Part shown: piece by piece, positions 55,788 through 58,101 of the stretch
Numbering within the stretch: position 1 is the first letter of the stretch
How the letters are laid out: each line of letters starts with the position of its first letter
DNA from: Myxococcota bacterium
GTDB lineage: Bacteria > Myxococcota_A > UBA796 > UBA2385
Assembly: GCA_044344255.1 (NCBI GenBank)
Contig: JBIJDH010000033.1
Location: 1-58,101, forward strand
DNA length: 58,101 nt
Direction: 5' to 3'
Notes under the pieces: generated by a model
Database searches by the model: none
What the model saw: only the letters and a program-made list of their open reading frames with translations
What the model was told of the DNA's origin: nothing
Program-made: the position numbers and the translations under genes

Positions 55788-56900
55788 ATGCCTCCGATAG
55801 ACCCGTCGGTGTCGAAGCCGCTCGAGAGCTGGCGCCTCTTCTTTCCCGCGGCGGCGGCCCTCGCGGTGACCGGGCTCGGCGCCTGGGGCGCGCAGCTCGC
55901 CGGCGTCCCCCTCGGCCTCTCCCCGGCCGACCACGGCGCCTTCATGCTCTGGGGGGTGCTGGGGACGGGGGTACAGGGCTTCCTCCTCACGGCCTATGCC
56001 AAGCAGAATGACGCGCCCCTCCCCAGTCGCCCTGTCCTCTACGGCGTCCTGTCCTCTCAGGCCCTCTCCGCCGGCCTGCTGCTCGGCCGGCCGGCGCTGC
56101 CGATCGGCCTCGGCGCGGCCCTGGTCGCGCTGCCGTGGGTCGCCCTGCTGCTCTGGGCGGCGCCGGTCGGCCTCGCCTCGTTGCGCCGGCGGTGGGAGCC
56201 GACCACCGCGGCCGCCCCGCTGGCCCTGCTCGGGGCCCTCGTGGGTGTGGTGTTGCACGCGCGGTCCGTGCCGGCGCCGCGGGGCGTGGAGGTGGGGGTG
56301 CACGCCTTCCTCGCCCCCCTGGCCCTCTCCCTGCTCGACCGCCTGCTGCCCTTCTTCTGCTCGCGGGCGGTCCCGGGCTACGCCGGGCGCCGGCTGCCGG
56401 GCTTCATCCCGCTGCTGCTGCTCCTGTCCTGGGCCAAGGTCCTCGCCGCGGCCGCGGCCCCTGCGCTCCTGCTCCCGATCCAGGCGGGTCTGCTCCTCCT
56501 GCTCTCCCGCCAGGTCTGGGGCTGGCGACCCTGGCCGGCCGTGAAGGTCCCGATGCTGGGCGTGCTGCACCTCGGGCTCGCCTGGATCGCGGTCGCCTGG
56601 CTGCTCGACCTCCTCGGCGCGCCCCGCTCGGCGGGCCTCCACGCGCTGCTGGTCGGCGGCCTCGGCTCGCTCTTCCTCGGCCTGTCGATGCGGGTGGCGC
56701 GCGGTCACTCCGGCCTGCCGATTGAGCTCGGGCGGGCGGGCGCGGCGCTGCTGCTGCTCGCTCAGGCGGCGGCGCTTCTGCGGGTGGCCGCGGCCCTGGG
56801 CGCCGGCGCCGCGAGCGGCCTGCTGCTGAGCGCGACCTTGCTCGGCCTCGCCTTCGCGGTGTGGCTGCTCCGCTTCCTGCCGGTGGCGGCGGGGCGCTGA
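55788..56900 (+). CDS. nnrS: NnrS-family membrane protein
   Basis: WRLFF, H...MLWG.....GFLLTA, PMLGVLHLG..W, LHALLVG, MRVARGHSG. Confidence 0.88.
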   Translation: MPPIDPSVSKPLESWRLFFPAAAALAVTGLGAWGAQLAGVPLGLSPADHGAFMLWGVLGTGVQGFLLTAYAKQNDAPLPSRPVLYGVLSSQALSAGLLLGRPALPIGLGAALVALPWVALLLWAAPVGLASLRRRWEPTTAAAPLALLGALVGVVLHARSVPAPRGVEVGVHAFLAPLALSLLDRLLPFFCSRAVPGYAGRRLPGFIPLLLLLSWAKVLAAAAAPALLLPIQAGLLLLLSRQVWGWRPWPAVKVPMLGVLHLGLAWIAVAWLLDLLGAPRSAGLHALLVGGLGSLFLGLSMRVARGHSGLPIELGRAGAALLLLAQAAALLRVAAALGAGAASGLLLSATLLGLAFAVWLLRFLPVAAGR

Positions 56901-56933
56901 AGGGGGTGCGACCGACCCGCGTATGCGTGTCCT

Positions 56934-57509
56934 CTACTTCGCCCCGGGGAGGAGCACCTTGTCCACGACGTAGACCACACCGTTCACGGCGTGGACCTCT
57001 CCGAGGATGTTGGCGTCGTTGACCATGACCTTCCCGTCTTTCACGTGCAGGGTGACCGAGGTGCCATCCGACATTGGAACCACCTGGCCGTCCTTCATGT
57101 CCTTCTGCTCGATGATCGGCACGGCGGCGTGGTGCTGCACGATGAGCTTGAGCGTGGACTTCTTCTCCGGCTTGAGGAGCTCATCGAGCGTCCCCGCCGG
57201 GAGGGCCGCGAAGGCGGCGTCGGTCGGCGCGAAGACGGTGTAGATGCCGCCGGGGCTGGCGAGCGCGTTGACGAGATCGGTGGCCTTCACGGCGGCGACG
57301 AGGGTGGTGTGGTCTGGAGAGCCGACGGCGACGTCGAGGACGGTCTTCTCCGCGTCCGTCTTCGGTCGGGCCGGCGCGGCAGCGACCGGGGCGGCCGCGG
57401 GGGCGCTGGCCGGGGCGGCTTCGGGCGCCTTGGAGGGCGGAGCGGGGGGAGCTCCCCCACAGGAGACCAGCAGGGCCAGCGCGAGGACAGGACGAATGAG
57501 AGGGTGCAT
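56934..57509 (-). CDS. Fasciclin (FAS1) domain lipoprotein
   Basis: LVSC lipobox; HTTLVAAV, TVFAPTDAAF, NGVVYVVDKVLLP. Confidence 0.92.
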   Translation of the reverse strand: MHPLIRPVLALALLVSCGGAPPAPPSKAPEAAPASAPAAAPVAAAPARPKTDAEKTVLDVAVGSPDHTTLVAAVKATDLVNALASPGGIYTVFAPTDAAFAALPAGTLDELLKPEKKSTLKLIVQHHAAVPIIEQKDMKDGQVVPMSDGTSVTLHVKDGKVMVNDANILGEVHAVNGVVYVVDKVLLPGAK

Positions 57510-57550
57510 GGGTTCTCCGAGAGGCAGTGGGTGTTTCCGAGGTGGCTGCC

Positions 57551-58101
57551 CTACATCAGGTCGCGACGAATGAAGCTCCAGCGCGCCAGGAGGAGCGCGC
57601 ACAGGCCGAGCACGGTCGGCCAGCCGAGGGCGTAGGCGAGGGTGCCGATGGACCCAAGCTGCACGGCCATCCACGTGCCGACGGGGCCCAGGAGGCCCAG
57701 GTCGGGGTCCGCCGAGGCCAGGACGCCGAGCCGGCCGGCCTGCACGGGGTTGACGCCGGCCAGGAGAAAGACAGCCCAAGGGGTGAGCTTCACGCGCAGG
57801 AGGAGGCCGATGAGGGCGAAGTCATAGAGCGCGATGGTGCCCATCCAGAGGAGGAGCCCACGAATCAGCGCGTTCTCCGGTGCCTTTGCCCGAACGGAGA
57901 TCCACATCCCGAGCGCGGCGAAGCAGAAGCCCTGGCTGCCGAGGAGGAGGAAGAGGCGAAGCGCGAGGTCCCAAGGCAGCGGGTGGCCGAAGAGGGCGGC
58001 GGCGAGGCCCACCAGCGCCACCATGCCGATGACCGGACCGACGACGGCGGCGAGGCGGGGCAGGAAGATCCCCCAGAACAGCGAGGATCTCCCGATGGGG
58101 T
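57551..58101 (-). CDS. ABC transporter permease, NosY-like (5' part outside the window)
   Basis: Multi-TM; LYDFALIG, NPVQAGR, F.RRDL C-terminus; adjacent to denitrification genes. Confidence 0.7.
   Translation of the reverse strand, partial: PIGRSSLFWGIFLPRLAAVVGPVIGMVALVGLAAALFGHPLPWDLALRLFLLLGSQGFCFAALGMWISVRAKAPENALIRGLLLWMGTIALYDFALIGLLLRVKLTPWAVFLLAGVNPVQAGRLGVLASADPDLGLLGPVGTWMAVQLGSIGTLAYALGWPTVLGLCALLLARWSFIRRDLM

Noticed and set aside
1..58101. tRNA, rRNA, riboswitches and anti-phage defence systems
   Set aside because: None recognisable by eye; covariance-model and defence-HMM scans would be needed to exclude them.

Overview
A very GC-rich window, probably from a Myxococcota bacterium (two MYXO-CTERM proteins, many Cys/Asp-rich lipoproteins, CotH). 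From left to right: (1) a visibly lower-GC signalling cassette (REC-HD-GYP regulator, MASE3-PAS-GAF sensor with no output domain, multi-PAS hybrid kinase) between a decayed IS1634, itself interrupted by a 348-bp IS21-like miniature element, and a frameshifted IS91-family transposase; (2) a BlaI/M56 pair with a His/Cys-rich loop upstream of a CzcA-like RND pump, with a BlaI-type operator directly in front of the pump genes; (3) an ArsR-rhodanese/MFS/rhodanese operon; (4) a CusA-type copper efflux operon and a divergent operon of three uncharacterised lipoproteins, each preceded by a near-identical sigma54 promoter, with one palindrome midway between them; (5) envelope, lipid and secreted-protein genes (SRAP, MBL hydrolase, GH5, acyltransferases, desaturase, sulfatase-TPR, lysyl oxidase, HExxH protein, CotH); (6) a sigma70 gene preceded by a sigma54 promoter; (7) a norCBQD-hemerythrin-nnrS operon behind an NnrR-type box, then a fasciclin gene and a partial NosY-like gene. 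The best candidates for undescribed systems are the divergent sigma54 copper locus and the BlaI/M56-controlled metal pump. All calls come from reading motifs by eye; no database searches were run.
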